DNA of 64,000 nucleotides from an uncultured Desulfatitalea sp. (GTDB taxonomy: Bacteria > Desulfobacterota > Desulfobacteria > Desulfobacterales > Desulfosarcinaceae): assembly GCA_963668675.2 (NCBI GenBank), contig CAXXMB010000002.1, positions 2,432,001 to 2,496,000 on the forward strand. Reading direction: 5' to 3'. Below, piece after piece: positions 9,500 to 18,486 of the stretch. Every line of letters begins with the position of its first letter. Within the stretch, counting starts at the first letter, position 1. The notes below the pieces were generated by a model. That model searched no databases. It was not told where the DNA came from and saw only the letters and a program-made list of their open reading frames with translations. Position numbers and translations under genes: made by a program.

Positions 9500-10372
9500 T
9501 CAGGGTGGGCAGGCGAATTCGCCGAGCACTGTGGTGAGGGCTTCCGGTATGCGGGCAATCAATTCGGCAATTTGGGTGGCCGGACTGGGATCGGCGAGCT
9601 GGCCGCTGCGGCGATTGGCTCGGGCTGCCAGTTCGGCTGCCTGCGCCGGTGCGTAGCCGGCACCGCACAGCACGGTCAGCAATCCGGTCAACGTGTCGCC
9701 GGTGCCCCCGATGGCTTCCATGGCGTCGAAACCGGGATGGTCGACGGTGGCCGTGATACGATTTGCTTCGGTGATGTAGTCGGTGGCGCCTTTGACCAGC
9801 AGATGGCGGGCCGCATTGCCGTGCTCATAGGCACGCTGGATCAGCTCCGGCACCTTGTTTTGCTCGTGCAGGATGAATCCCCGGGTGTAGAAGGGATGCG
9901 GCGCAGTTTCATCGGCCAGGAAGGCCAGCTCGCCCGCGTCCGGCGTGAAAAAATCGTAGGCTGGTGCCTGACCGCTCATCTTGGCGGCATACATGAAGCC
10001 GGCGTCGGCAATGAGCAGCGGACGTTGCGGCAGGCGGTCGATAGCGAACATCACCCGGTTGTGCCAGTCCACATCGGGCTGAAGGTAATGAAAGGTCAAC
10101 ACCTGGAAGTCCCACTGATCCAGTTCGTTCTCAAGAAATCGGTATAGACAGCGGCTGCCCTCTCCTTTGCCGATATCTCCTACCAGAATGGCATGAATTT
10201 CAGGTGTGTCTATCTGTTTGCCGGCGTTGAGCGCGGCGCCTATCAGCGCGGGGGTACCGCGATTGACTGCAATGCGCCGGCCGTCGATTTGCAGATGATC
10301 CCCACTCCAATGCACTGGGCCGTGGGTCAGTGGAAAGCTTTGATCCGGGACGGTACCGATAATACCTAACAT
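9500..10372 (-). CDS. Ribokinase-fold / carbohydrate kinase-like (NAD(P)HX dehydratase-like) protein
   Basis: LIADAG, FTPDAGEL, LLVKGATD and AIGGTGDTLTG motifs. Its start overlaps the DUF3343 stop. Confidence 0.7.
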   Translation of the reverse strand: MLGIIGTVPDQSFPLTHGPVHWSGDHLQIDGRRIAVNRGTPALIGAALNAGKQIDTPEIHAILVGDIGKGEGSRCLYRFLENELDQWDFQVLTFHYLQPDVDWHNRVMFAIDRLPQRPLLIADAGFMYAAKMSGQAPAYDFFTPDAGELAFLADETAPHPFYTRGFILHEQNKVPELIQRAYEHGNAARHLLVKGATDYITEANRITATVDHPGFDAMEAIGGTGDTLTGLLTVLCGAGYAPAQAAELAARANRRSGQLADPSPATQIAELIARIPEALTTVLGEFACPP

Positions 10373-10929
10373 TGTCGTTGCAACTCCTCGTAGGCCAGTT
10401 CCAGGGCATACCCGCAAAGGGTATGCCCCAGATCTCTCGGACGGGGCGCTTCAGCCAAGGTTTTGCCGACCATCTGCTGGGCGAGGTAAGGCACATCTGG
10501 ACAACCGCCGCCCGAGATGTTGACGATGGTGAGCGTCTCTTTGGCAATGGTGATTTTCATGTTGGCCGCCCGCACCATCAAATAAGCACCATAGTCTTTG
10601 GTGTGAAACAGGTCGACGGGCATGAGCAGCGGAGCGGTTACCGGTACGATGTTCAGAGGGGGGACCTCGGCGATGTGCAGTTCCCGGACGATATTGAGCT
10701 CCTCGATCAACGGGAATTCGATCACCAGGTCACACCCGCTTTGAATCTCCGCCGGCGGTCCCATGACCCGCACGGTCCAACCGGCCTTTTTAAGGACACT
10801 CTCCGCCTGAATCACCTCGCTGGTATGTTCGAACACCAGAATCCCACGGTCCGCTTGTGCGCATTGGTTTTTTCGCCGCTCACGGGAAATGGGCTCCGCC
10901 TGCTTGTTTCGCTTAAAAAGACCGAACAC
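10366..10929 (-). CDS. DUF3343 domain protein (putative Se/S carrier)
   Basis: ILVFEHTSEVIQAE..L...MGPPAEIQSGCDL, plus C-terminal SGGGCPDVP and TLCGY. Confidence 0.7.
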   Translation of the reverse strand: MFGLFKRNKQAEPISRERRKNQCAQADRGILVFEHTSEVIQAESVLKKAGWTVRVMGPPAEIQSGCDLVIEFPLIEELNIVRELHIAEVPPLNIVPVTAPLLMPVDLFHTKDYGAYLMVRAANMKITIAKETLTIVNISGGGCPDVPYLAQQMVGKTLAEAPRPRDLGHTLCGYALELAYEELQRQC

Positions 10930-10931
10930 CC

Positions 10932-11153
10932 CTACGAATCCTTCGTGATGGCGATGCGGTAGCCTTCACCCGCCGGAACCACATCTCCGATCCGGCATCC
11001 CTGGCTGGTGGCGGCCCGCACCACGTTCTCTTTGGACGTGTCGGTATCCACGAGTACGACGATCTCTTTGTCCTGGCCGCCTCTGATTTCATCCAACGTC
11101 ATGATCACCGGCTGGGGGCAGGAGAGCCCTCTGGCATCGACGGTTGTGGTCAT
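10932..11153 (-). CDS. TusA/SirA (YedF-like) sulfur/selenium carrier
   Basis: VDARGLSCPQPV motif, 73 aa, preceded by an AAGGAGG RBS. Confidence 0.9.
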   Translation of the reverse strand: MTTTVDARGLSCPQPVIMTLDEIRGGQDKEIVVLVDTDTSKENVVRAATSQGCRIGDVVPAGEGYRIAITKDS

Positions 11154-11164
11154 TGCACACCTCC

Positions 11165-12256
11165 TTATACACTTTTTTTCTTCATGGTGAAGCCGATAAA
11201 CAGACAAACCACAAGGCCGATAACGACGGCGGCGATGCCGTGCGGACCGACCCCCTTGGGCGAACTGGCCAAGCCGAAGTTGTGCGCGAATCCGGCCCCC
11301 ACGATCATGCCCATGACGAATACGGCGGCATCGCCGTCCCCTTCGCCTGCCAGAAAAAGCTGCCGTCCGGGACAGCCGCCGGCCAATGCAAAGGCCAGCC
11401 CGGCCAGCGCCATGCCGGCGAAATTCCAGATGTGCATGGTGTGGGCCACTGGCTGACCGGTGAAGCCCGGTTTGAATTGGCCCAGGATCAAATTGGTCAC
11501 GAAGGCAAACACGACCAAGGCAATGAAGCCGGAGAGCAAGTGGGTCTGTCCGAACAGCACGGTGTCACGAATGGCGCCCATGGTGCAGAATCGACTGCGC
11601 TGGGCCAGAAAGCCGATGGCCAATCCGACAACCAGGGCCAGCAGCAACGTCGCGTGCATGGCACCGGGCCCTTTGAGGCTGTAGAATAAAACCCCGCTTT
11701 TGGCTTGGCCTTCCAGTTGCGGAAAAATTAGTATCAACACCAGAAATCCCACCATGATGAGCGGCAGCATCCACCCCACGGCGGCGTGGGTGGCCTGGGT
11801 GCGTCCGAGGTTGTACCCCTTTTTCAAAAAGAGGGTGCCGATCCAGATGCCGAACGTCAACCCCAGTAATCCCAGGATGGCATTGCCGTCTCCACCGGCC
11901 AGACGCAGCACGGCCCGCCAGGGGCAGCCTAGGAATACGAGGGCGCCGATCATTGCAAAGGCCCCCAGCACGAATCGAACGATGGGCGCCGATCCGACCC
12001 GGGGCCGGTACTCCTTGAAAAGGTAAGCGGCGATCAGCGATCCGACCACAAAGCCGATAATCTCCGGGCGCATATACTGCACCACCGCGGCCCGGTGCAG
12101 GCCCAGGGCGCCGGCGATGTCGCGCTCGAAACAGGCCACGCAGATCCCCATGTTGCCCGGATTGCCCAGTTTTTGCAGCAACGGGGCCAGAATCCCGATC
12201 ACGGCGCCGACCCCGATAATCCCCCAGCGCGTCGCAAAAATGTTTTTCCCTTGCAT
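11165..12256 (-). CDS. yedE: YedE-family (YeeE/YedE) putative selenium/sulfur-compound transporter
   Basis: Polytopic membrane protein with NPGNMGICVACFERD, FLGCPWR, SRFCTMG and LAGGCPGRQ motifs. Confidence 0.85.
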   Translation of the reverse strand: MQGKNIFATRWGIIGVGAVIGILAPLLQKLGNPGNMGICVACFERDIAGALGLHRAAVVQYMRPEIIGFVVGSLIAAYLFKEYRPRVGSAPIVRFVLGAFAMIGALVFLGCPWRAVLRLAGGDGNAILGLLGLTFGIWIGTLFLKKGYNLGRTQATHAAVGWMLPLIMVGFLVLILIFPQLEGQAKSGVLFYSLKGPGAMHATLLLALVVGLAIGFLAQRSRFCTMGAIRDTVLFGQTHLLSGFIALVVFAFVTNLILGQFKPGFTGQPVAHTMHIWNFAGMALAGLAFALAGGCPGRQLFLAGEGDGDAAVFVMGMIVGAGFAHNFGLASSPKGVGPHGIAAVVIGLVVCLFIGFTMKKKSV

Positions 12257-12354
12257 CAGTTCAACCTCCTTTGTTGTCATTCCAATTCAGTTTCATCTTC
12301 GTACATGTAAAGAATGCGACCGCCCCTTTCCCAATGTCATGGTGATCGTCTTTC

Positions 12355-13122
12355 CTATGTTGTTGAGGCCGACTCCATGGCCAGCAGGGCCGCTCCCAAA
12401 GCGCCGGCAAATTGCGCCTGATCCGAAAAGAGAATGGTCCGCCCCAGTTTCCGCTCCAGTAGAATTCGGAGACAGGGGTTGTTGGCCACGCCGCCGGTAA
12501 AGACGATTTCTCCGTCGGCGGCCACCCGCTGGACCATGGCCGCCACCCGGCGCATGACACCAGCATGAAGGCCCAGGGCAATTTCCCGTCGGTTCTGGCC
12601 TTTTGCGATCAGGGAGGTGACCTCCGACTCGGCGAAAACCGTACACATGCTCGAGATGGTCAGCTCCTTTTTCGCCATCAAGGCTTCTTCGCCGAAGACT
12701 TCGATCTCATAGCCCAGGGTGCGGGCCATGATTTCCAGGAACTTTCCGGTACCTGCGGCGCAGCGGTCGTTCATTTCAAATTTCTTAACTTTGCCGTTGT
12801 CCGACAGAGCGATGGCTTTGCTGTCCTGGCCGCCGATGTCCAAAACGCTGCGGGCCTCAGGATAGAGGGCTCGTGCTCCGCGGGCGTGCGCCTTGATTTC
12901 GGTCACCGTGGGGGCATCGAAGGAGATTTCGAAAAGGGTGCGGCCGTAGCCGGTGGCCATGATGCGTTCGAACCGGTGCCCGTCGAGTAATTTTTCGGCG
13001 TCGGAGCCGGGGTCGAAGCCGGTGTCTGTTTTCGAACGGTGGGTCACCGCTCCGGAAGAATTAACGGCCACCAGTTCGATGGTGCGCGACCCGATGTCGA
13101 TGCCGGCATAAGAGGAACCCAT
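12355..13122 (-). CDS. ASKHA ATPase [4Fe-4S] activator (HgdC/BadFG type; DCCP reductase, DCCP-R)
   Basis: GIDIGSRT, ATGYGR, LDIGGQDSK, MNDRCAAGTG and SSMCTVFAESE motifs. Confidence 0.9.
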   Translation of the reverse strand: MGSSYAGIDIGSRTIELVAVNSSGAVTHRSKTDTGFDPGSDAEKLLDGHRFERIMATGYGRTLFEISFDAPTVTEIKAHARGARALYPEARSVLDIGGQDSKAIALSDNGKVKKFEMNDRCAAGTGKFLEIMARTLGYEIEVFGEEALMAKKELTISSMCTVFAESEVTSLIAKGQNRREIALGLHAGVMRRVAAMVQRVAADGEIVFTGGVANNPCLRILLERKLGRTILFSDQAQFAGALGAALLAMESASTT

Positions 13123-13129
13123 TGTCGCT

Positions 13130-14410
13130 TTACCCTTTAATTTGCTCGATAAACGCTTCCACGCGGGTTTTCAGCTGGCCGATATCCTCCATGCCGTAAT
13201 CGGTTTCGATGCGCAGACAGGGAATGTTTTTCTCCTCCAGCGCCCTCTCCACCAGGATCGATTCCATGATATAGGGTTGGCAGAACTGCAACCCGTAGTG
13301 AATGACGCCGTCGGCTTTGTAGGCGGCAACCATCTCTTCAATATGGGCCAGGCGGTCGGAGTTGGGCGTGAAGATGGCACAATCCACCTGGTAGTAACGG
13401 TCCACGATGGCCTCGATCATCGCTTCCACCGTTTGGCCCGACTCGGCGGTGAGGTTGCGGGTGCCCCGTTCGCCGACGCACGACTCTTCACCCACGATGA
13501 CGGCGCCCGATGTCTCGACGATCATGGGCAGTTTCCAGTTGGGCACGGCCTGGGGGCAGCCTGAGACGAGGATGCGAGGGGTGCCGGTTGGAAAGACACC
13601 GATATTGTCCTGAATTCGCTTTTCGAGTTCGTCACAGATTTTGTTGACCGAATCGGTAAAACGTTCCGGGTTGTCGTAGAAGAAAACCTGGTTGGCCAGG
13701 AGGGCGTCGAGGCCCGAGATGGGGGCCGGGTCCGCCTGGCGCAGGGATAGGAGCCGGTGAATGGCGGCCCGTTTGGCGTTGACCGTATGGATGGCCTTTC
13801 GAAGGGATTCTGGAGTGATCGGTACGCCGGTAAGCTCTTCCAACGCAGCCTTGAAGCGAAGATACTCCCCTTTTAACAGGGCCCGGCCGGTTTCCGATTT
13901 GACCTGGGGCAGGTCCATCACGTAGAGGTTGTCGACCAGTAGGCCCAACGACTCATACGCTTTCTTCTTGCCGTCGCAGGTGTTTTCACCCACGATCATA
14001 TCTGCGCTTTCCAAATAGGGGCACACTTTGCCCAGTTTGAACCCGAAGGAGGATTTGATCAGTGCGCAGGTGTTGCGCGGTAGTAGTCTTTCCACCTCTT
14101 CCATGGCAAAATCGGCCCCCGAGCAGAGGCCGACCAGGGTGGCATTGGCGGCCAGGACGAGTTCTTCGGGTACGAAGACGCAGTAGGAGCCGACGATTTT
14201 TCGGCCGGCGGCCTTCTCGTCCATCAGCTCTTTGATGCGCAGGCCGTGCACTTCGCTCATGACGAAATCGAAGTAGCTCATACCTTCGGGGCGAGCTTTT
14301 TGGGAAAGGAAGGTCTCCTGGTAAGCATTGCCCAACACCCCCAGCAAGACATCGTGGGCATCCAGGTCCAGGCCCAGATCGGTCCACATGGAACGGTAAT
14401 TCTCACTCAT
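13130..14410 (-). CDS. Double-cubane cluster protein (DCCP; 2-hydroxyacyl-CoA dehydratase fold, anaerobic reductase)
   Basis: N-terminal W..L..DL..HD..L...Y.E.FL....RP..M.YFD.V....HG.R, and Cys motifs YCVFVPEE, NTCALIKS, TCDGKKK, EESCVGER, DCAIFTPN and LQFCQPY, as I recall from C. hydrogenoformans DCCP. Confidence 0.85.
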   Translation of the reverse strand: MSENYRSMWTDLGLDLDAHDVLLGVLGNAYQETFLSQKARPEGMSYFDFVMSEVHGLRIKELMDEKAAGRKIVGSYCVFVPEELVLAANATLVGLCSGADFAMEEVERLLPRNTCALIKSSFGFKLGKVCPYLESADMIVGENTCDGKKKAYESLGLLVDNLYVMDLPQVKSETGRALLKGEYLRFKAALEELTGVPITPESLRKAIHTVNAKRAAIHRLLSLRQADPAPISGLDALLANQVFFYDNPERFTDSVNKICDELEKRIQDNIGVFPTGTPRILVSGCPQAVPNWKLPMIVETSGAVIVGEESCVGERGTRNLTAESGQTVEAMIEAIVDRYYQVDCAIFTPNSDRLAHIEEMVAAYKADGVIHYGLQFCQPYIMESILVERALEEKNIPCLRIETDYGMEDIGQLKTRVEAFIEQIKG

Positions 14411-14589
14411 TGATTGGTTCTCCCTTCACGAAGCGTTTTGGTTTGCATGTGTGATCACCGTCTATATTTTCAAACCAGGCCGATGAATTAGGGGCGGACA
14501 GGATATTGTCCGGAAAAAGAGAGGATATCAAATTGATTTATTTGATATCCTTTAAGGCCTGACATAGGGACGGCAAATGGCCATGAAAG

Positions 14590-14901
14590 TTAAGAGCAGC
14601 AGTTATTGGACGACCCGCATCCGTTGCAGCCGCAGGACAACTGTATAGACGATGAGATATTGAATCCGGATTCGGAAAAATCGATTTCAATGGGCTGGGC
14701 CTGTGTCAGAAACGCATTGTCCACCAGGTATTCGACACCCGCAAACTCGAAGGTTGCATCGTCGGGCCGCTTTTCGTCGAGGGCGAGCGCGATTTGCTGG
14801 CCGTTGCAACTCGTGTTCAAAAAAACCCGAATCGGTTTGATCTCGTTCTCCTCGAAATATTTGGCGATCTGTTCCTGAGCCTTTTCCGTTACATTCAGCA
14901 T
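14590..14901 (-). CDS. HesB/IscA-like protein (Cys form of the deltaproteobacterial HesB-like selenoprotein family)
   Basis: IRVFLNTSCNGQQIALALDE motif and a Cys-rich tail CGCNGCGSSNNCCS. Confidence 0.75.
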   Translation of the reverse strand: MLNVTEKAQEQIAKYFEENEIKPIRVFLNTSCNGQQIALALDEKRPDDATFEFAGVEYLVDNAFLTQAQPIEIDFSESGFNISSSIQLSCGCNGCGSSNNCCS

Positions 14902-14979
14902 GAGGTCTTCTCCTTTAACGATGTTTCAACCATAGGGAAGTGTTATGGTTCGGTCGGTTTGAATTGAAGTACGCTTCTC

Positions 14980-15468
14980 TTATTGGGTATCGCCCACCAA
15001 TCCGCAGAAAACATGCCGCAGGTCCCGTTGGGTTGCGTTTGTGAGAGGATCGAAATCGTCCTCTTCGGCAGCGGCCTCCGTGGCAAGTTGACGTTTTCGG
15101 GGGTTCGGTGTGCATGTCGACAATTCACTGCAGCGATCCTGGATCTGTTCAACGGTCAATTCGCGGTTGTTTTCGATCCATCGGTGGCAGTCGTCGTGAC
15201 TGCCCAAATAGAGCAGGAAGAGGCGTTGACCGCTCTTATAGGTAATCAGGCGGTATCCGCTGCCCAGGTTGTACTTCATTACACCCTTGATTCGCAGTTC
15301 GCCATGTTTGGTCACCGTGCCCAGCCGGTCCGGTACGATCCGGCCATGCTGCAAGCGGTCAATGATTTCCTCGGCTTTGGTGGCGGCCAGGGATGCTTTT
15401 TTGCCCGAACGTCGGAGCAGTTCCAATCCTTTGTTGATTTTAGGGTCGACATAAACTTTTGTAATCAT
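14980..15468 (-). CDS. Hypothetical protein with a RelE/ParE-like N-terminal domain
   Basis: KYNLGSGYRLI..LFLLYLGSHDD pattern resembles the RelE superfamily. Confidence 0.5.
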   Translation of the reverse strand: MITKVYVDPKINKGLELLRRSGKKASLAATKAEEIIDRLQHGRIVPDRLGTVTKHGELRIKGVMKYNLGSGYRLITYKSGQRLFLLYLGSHDDCHRWIENNRELTVEQIQDRCSELSTCTPNPRKRQLATEAAAEEDDFDPLTNATQRDLRHVFCGLVGDTQ

Positions 15469-15539
15469 AATGCGTTACCGTGAACTGTTGAAATGCTGTG
15501 ATACCCCGGGCACCACTGTTGCGGCTGCTGTCGGATCGG

Positions 15540-15974
15540 TCATTCGATAACCGTCTCGACCGATGTTTTGATCATCCGCCTGGCCGGTCCGAGTGCCGTT
15601 ATTGCTTCGGTGACCGTTCGGGCCGTGGCGGCGAACTTGGTGGATTCGGCCGACGAGATCCAAGAGAACTGGAGGCGCCCCTCTTCCACTCCTAAATACT
15701 CCAGAAGGTTTTTCAACAGAGTGAATTTTCTGCGGGCGTAGTAATTGCCCTCGATATAGTGGCAATCTCCGGGGTGGCATCCGGATACCCATATGCCGTC
15801 GGCGCCGCTGCGCAGGGCGGCAAGAATGAATTTGGGGCTGATGCGACCGCTGCAAGGCACCCGTATAACACGGATGTTGGGTGGGTATTGCAGGCGGCTG
15901 ACACCGGCCAGGTCGGCGGCCCCGTAGGTACACCAGTTACAGAAAAAAGCGATAATTTTAGGTTGCCATTCCAT
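15540..15974 (-). CDS. mvhD: MvhD/FlpD [2Fe-2S] hydrogenase iron-sulfur subunit
   Basis: FCNWCTYGAAD, VPCSGR and GCHPGDCHY motifs. Confidence 0.9.
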   Translation of the reverse strand: MEWQPKIIAFFCNWCTYGAADLAGVSRLQYPPNIRVIRVPCSGRISPKFILAALRSGADGIWVSGCHPGDCHYIEGNYYARRKFTLLKNLLEYLGVEEGRLQFSWISSAESTKFAATARTVTEAITALGPARRMIKTSVETVIE

Positions 15975-16428
15975 GTGAAATTCTCTCTTTTGCGGCCTCG
16001 CTGTCGCACCGCCCTCTGGCAGGGATTGAGGACGGCCCCAGGCGGCGGATGGTTTCGGTCATTTCAGTGGCGATTTCTGCAAAACGCGGTCCCATTGCGG
16101 AGCTTAGATTGAACATCTGCACCCTTTCGGGTTCCAAACCGACGGAGGCCAATGTTTTCTGAACCGCGGCAACCTTTTTCTTCGTTCTCAGATTACCCTC
16201 TATAAAATGGCACTCGCCTTCAAGACAGCCGGCTACATTGACGCCGTCGGCGCCGTCTTCGATGGCCCTGAGCAGGTGGAGCTTGTCGACACGGCCACTG
16301 CACGGCACCTGGATGATCTTGACGTTGGCCGGGTAGTTGAGCCGCATGCTGCCGGCCAGATCTCCGGCAGCATATGCACAATATTTGCAGCAAAAAGCCA
16401 GGATTCGGGGCTCGAAGGTATCAGGCAT
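15958..16428 (-). CDS. mvhD: Second MvhD/FlpD [2Fe-2S] subunit
   Basis: FCCKYCAYAAGD, VPCSGR and GCLEGECHF motifs. A GAGGAGG RBS precedes MPDTF, so the longer ORF runs into a repeat. Confidence 0.88.
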   Translation of the reverse strand: MPDTFEPRILAFCCKYCAYAAGDLAGSMRLNYPANVKIIQVPCSGRVDKLHLLRAIEDGADGVNVAGCLEGECHFIEGNLRTKKKVAAVQKTLASVGLEPERVQMFNLSSAMGPRFAEIATEMTETIRRLGPSSIPARGRCDSEAAKERISHGMAT

Positions 16429-16567
16429 ATTTGCCTCCTCAGTTAGCATGACCGCTACATTCGATTTTTTTTCTGAGTATGAAAGTATGAAAGCGAAGGT
16501 GTTCCGTCTAATTCGTGACAGGACTACCTCGGTGCATTTCAATATATTGAGGGAGCATTCTTTAACT

Positions 16568-16725
16568 TTGATGAAATCGTAAAAAGTCGGCAATTCTTCT
16601 GTACCGTCATTCCGGCGAAAGCCGGGCACGCAGTGAAGCCTTGGCGCTATCCGGTTTTTCAATGACTTCTGGATGCCCGACCATGTCCGGCATGACGGGT
16701 GGGAGATTTTTTACGATTCCATCAA
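16568..16725. mobile_element. MITE-like element with 21-bp terminal inverted repeats and an internal palindrome
   Basis: TTGATGAAATCGTAAAAAGTC (16568-16588) versus GATTTTTTACGATTCCATCAA (16705-16725), 2 mismatches. Interior CCGTCATTCCGGCGAAAGCCGG...CCGGCATGACGG. Confidence 0.7.
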
Positions 16726-16748
16726 CTTTCCTACTTTCCTACTTTTAG

Positions 16749-18077
16749 TTATTTAAACGGATCCGGCGTTCCGGGCTCGCCGGGCAGCCATACCCCCTGT
16801 AGATCTTCACCCAAATACTCCCGTTCGTTTTCGGCCAGGCATCCCAGAGAGAGGGCGATGATGGTCCACATATGGGTGACATGATAGTTGCCGCCGTAGT
16901 GGTCGGCCAACTCGTGGATCTGTGCGTGGCAGTTGTGGCAGGGGGTCAGGCAGTAGTCGGCATCGGTGGCGATGATCTGGTCGAATTTGATCTTTCCGTA
17001 TGTGAAGCGCGCTTCGGTGTAGCCCGATTGGAGATAGCCGCCGCCACCGCCACAGCAGTAGTTGTTGGATTTGTTGGGCTGCATATCGACAAAGTTCTCT
17101 TCGCCCACACACGCTTTGACCACATAGCGCATCTTATCGGCCTGTTCGTCGCCATAACTTTTGCGAATCTGGTTGCAGGGATCTTGCACGGTGAATTTGA
17201 TCTTGAGATCTTTGTTCCAAGCGGAGCTGACCTGCAGCTTTCCGGACTTGATCCAGTCATAGTAGTAGGCCACCATCGGGGCGATCTCCAACGGGGAGTC
17301 GAGGCCGTAGCGTTTGTTGGCCTGCCAAACAGAAAAGGTGGAGTGGCCGCATTCGGTATTGAGATAGACCTTGCATCCCAAATCTTCGGCCCGTTTCAGG
17401 GTGTTCGAGGCTAGTTTTTTCCAGTTCTCGTCATCGGCCAGAAACATGCAGTAATTTTCGCCGCCCCAGCCCTGGTTGCTGTAGGTCCAATCCACACCGG
17501 CCAGATGCAGAATTTTCCACAATGGGACCATTTCGTCCGGCTCCGTGACCGGTTCACGGGAGTTCTGGCTGACAAAAAAATGGGCCCCTTGCTTTTCCAG
17601 GGGCGCCTGCAGATTCTCCCACCCCGGCTGGGTCTCACGGACCTCTTCGAGCACATCCTCCACCACGAAAGTGAAATCTTCGGGTGGGGTGCCCATGGCG
17701 CTGCCGCTCTCATTGCGCAGGGCCATGTCGCACGACCCGAGAATGCCTTTGGGGCGCTCTCCGCGCGGCCACAGCTTGCGGGCTTCGAACACCAGCCCCG
17801 CGATGTTGATCTCCATCGGACAAACATAGGTACAGCGGTTGCACATGGAGCACATCCACACCCACGGATGTTTGCTGATCTCCTCGTCCATGCCGAGAGC
17901 GACCATGCGCAGAAATTTGCGCGGGTCCATGCCCTCCAGTCCTGTGGCCGGGCAGCCTGAGGCGCATGCACCGCAGGTGAGACAGAGGTTGAGGTTTTCG
18001 CCTTTGGGGATCAGGTGGCTAACCCGGTCGAGAAATCGTTCGCCCTTCTCTTTCTTGAGCGTAATGGCCTGGGTCAT
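16749..18077 (-). CDS. HdrD/TmcB-like (Fe-S)-binding CCG-domain oxidoreductase
   Basis: CLTCGACASGCP, CSMCNRCTYVCP, QDPC, YCCGGGGG and PCHNC motifs. Confidence 0.85.
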   Translation of the reverse strand: MTQAITLKKEKGERFLDRVSHLIPKGENLNLCLTCGACASGCPATGLEGMDPRKFLRMVALGMDEEISKHPWVWMCSMCNRCTYVCPMEINIAGLVFEARKLWPRGERPKGILGSCDMALRNESGSAMGTPPEDFTFVVEDVLEEVRETQPGWENLQAPLEKQGAHFFVSQNSREPVTEPDEMVPLWKILHLAGVDWTYSNQGWGGENYCMFLADDENWKKLASNTLKRAEDLGCKVYLNTECGHSTFSVWQANKRYGLDSPLEIAPMVAYYYDWIKSGKLQVSSAWNKDLKIKFTVQDPCNQIRKSYGDEQADKMRYVVKACVGEENFVDMQPNKSNNYCCGGGGGYLQSGYTEARFTYGKIKFDQIIATDADYCLTPCHNCHAQIHELADHYGGNYHVTHMWTIIALSLGCLAENEREYLGEDLQGVWLPGEPGTPDPFK

Positions 18078-18486
18078 AAACAGAACTCCTTTCCGCGCCC
18101 GCGACGCGATATCGTATTCGGAAATGTTTCCCTGCTCGACCCGGTAACCACGGGTGGTGACGGTCAAATCGATGCTTTTGTACGCATCACGGCATTTGCG
18201 GCAAAGATGCGATGCGATCGATGCTGAAGGGTGCTATTCAGCGGAGAGAGACCGATCTTCGGCGTAGACACCTGCGCATGCCAGCCCGGGCTGCGAACAG
18301 CGGCTTGCTCAGGTGAAGCCAATATATCGGTGCGAATGAGGCATGTCCCTACCTACAATGGGGTAAGCATGTGAATCGATGGTCGAAGGACACCATTAGA
18401 GAAGCGGGCGGAAAATGTCAAAATGATATACTCGATGTTTTTCTATGCGTTCTATTCAGATTTTGAATGCATGGGGTTCGAACGGT

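Noticed and set aside
16537..16552. Single NrdR-like box (TTTCAATATATTGAGG)
   Set aside because: It is unpaired and lies inside a repeat element, so it is probably a chance AT-rich palindrome.
18170..18420. NiCo-like or other riboswitch upstream of the HdrD-like gene (CTGAGCAAGCC..., GCCCGGGCTGCG)
   Set aside because: Only short fragments resemble the consensus, on inconsistent strands, and I could not build the four-way junction.
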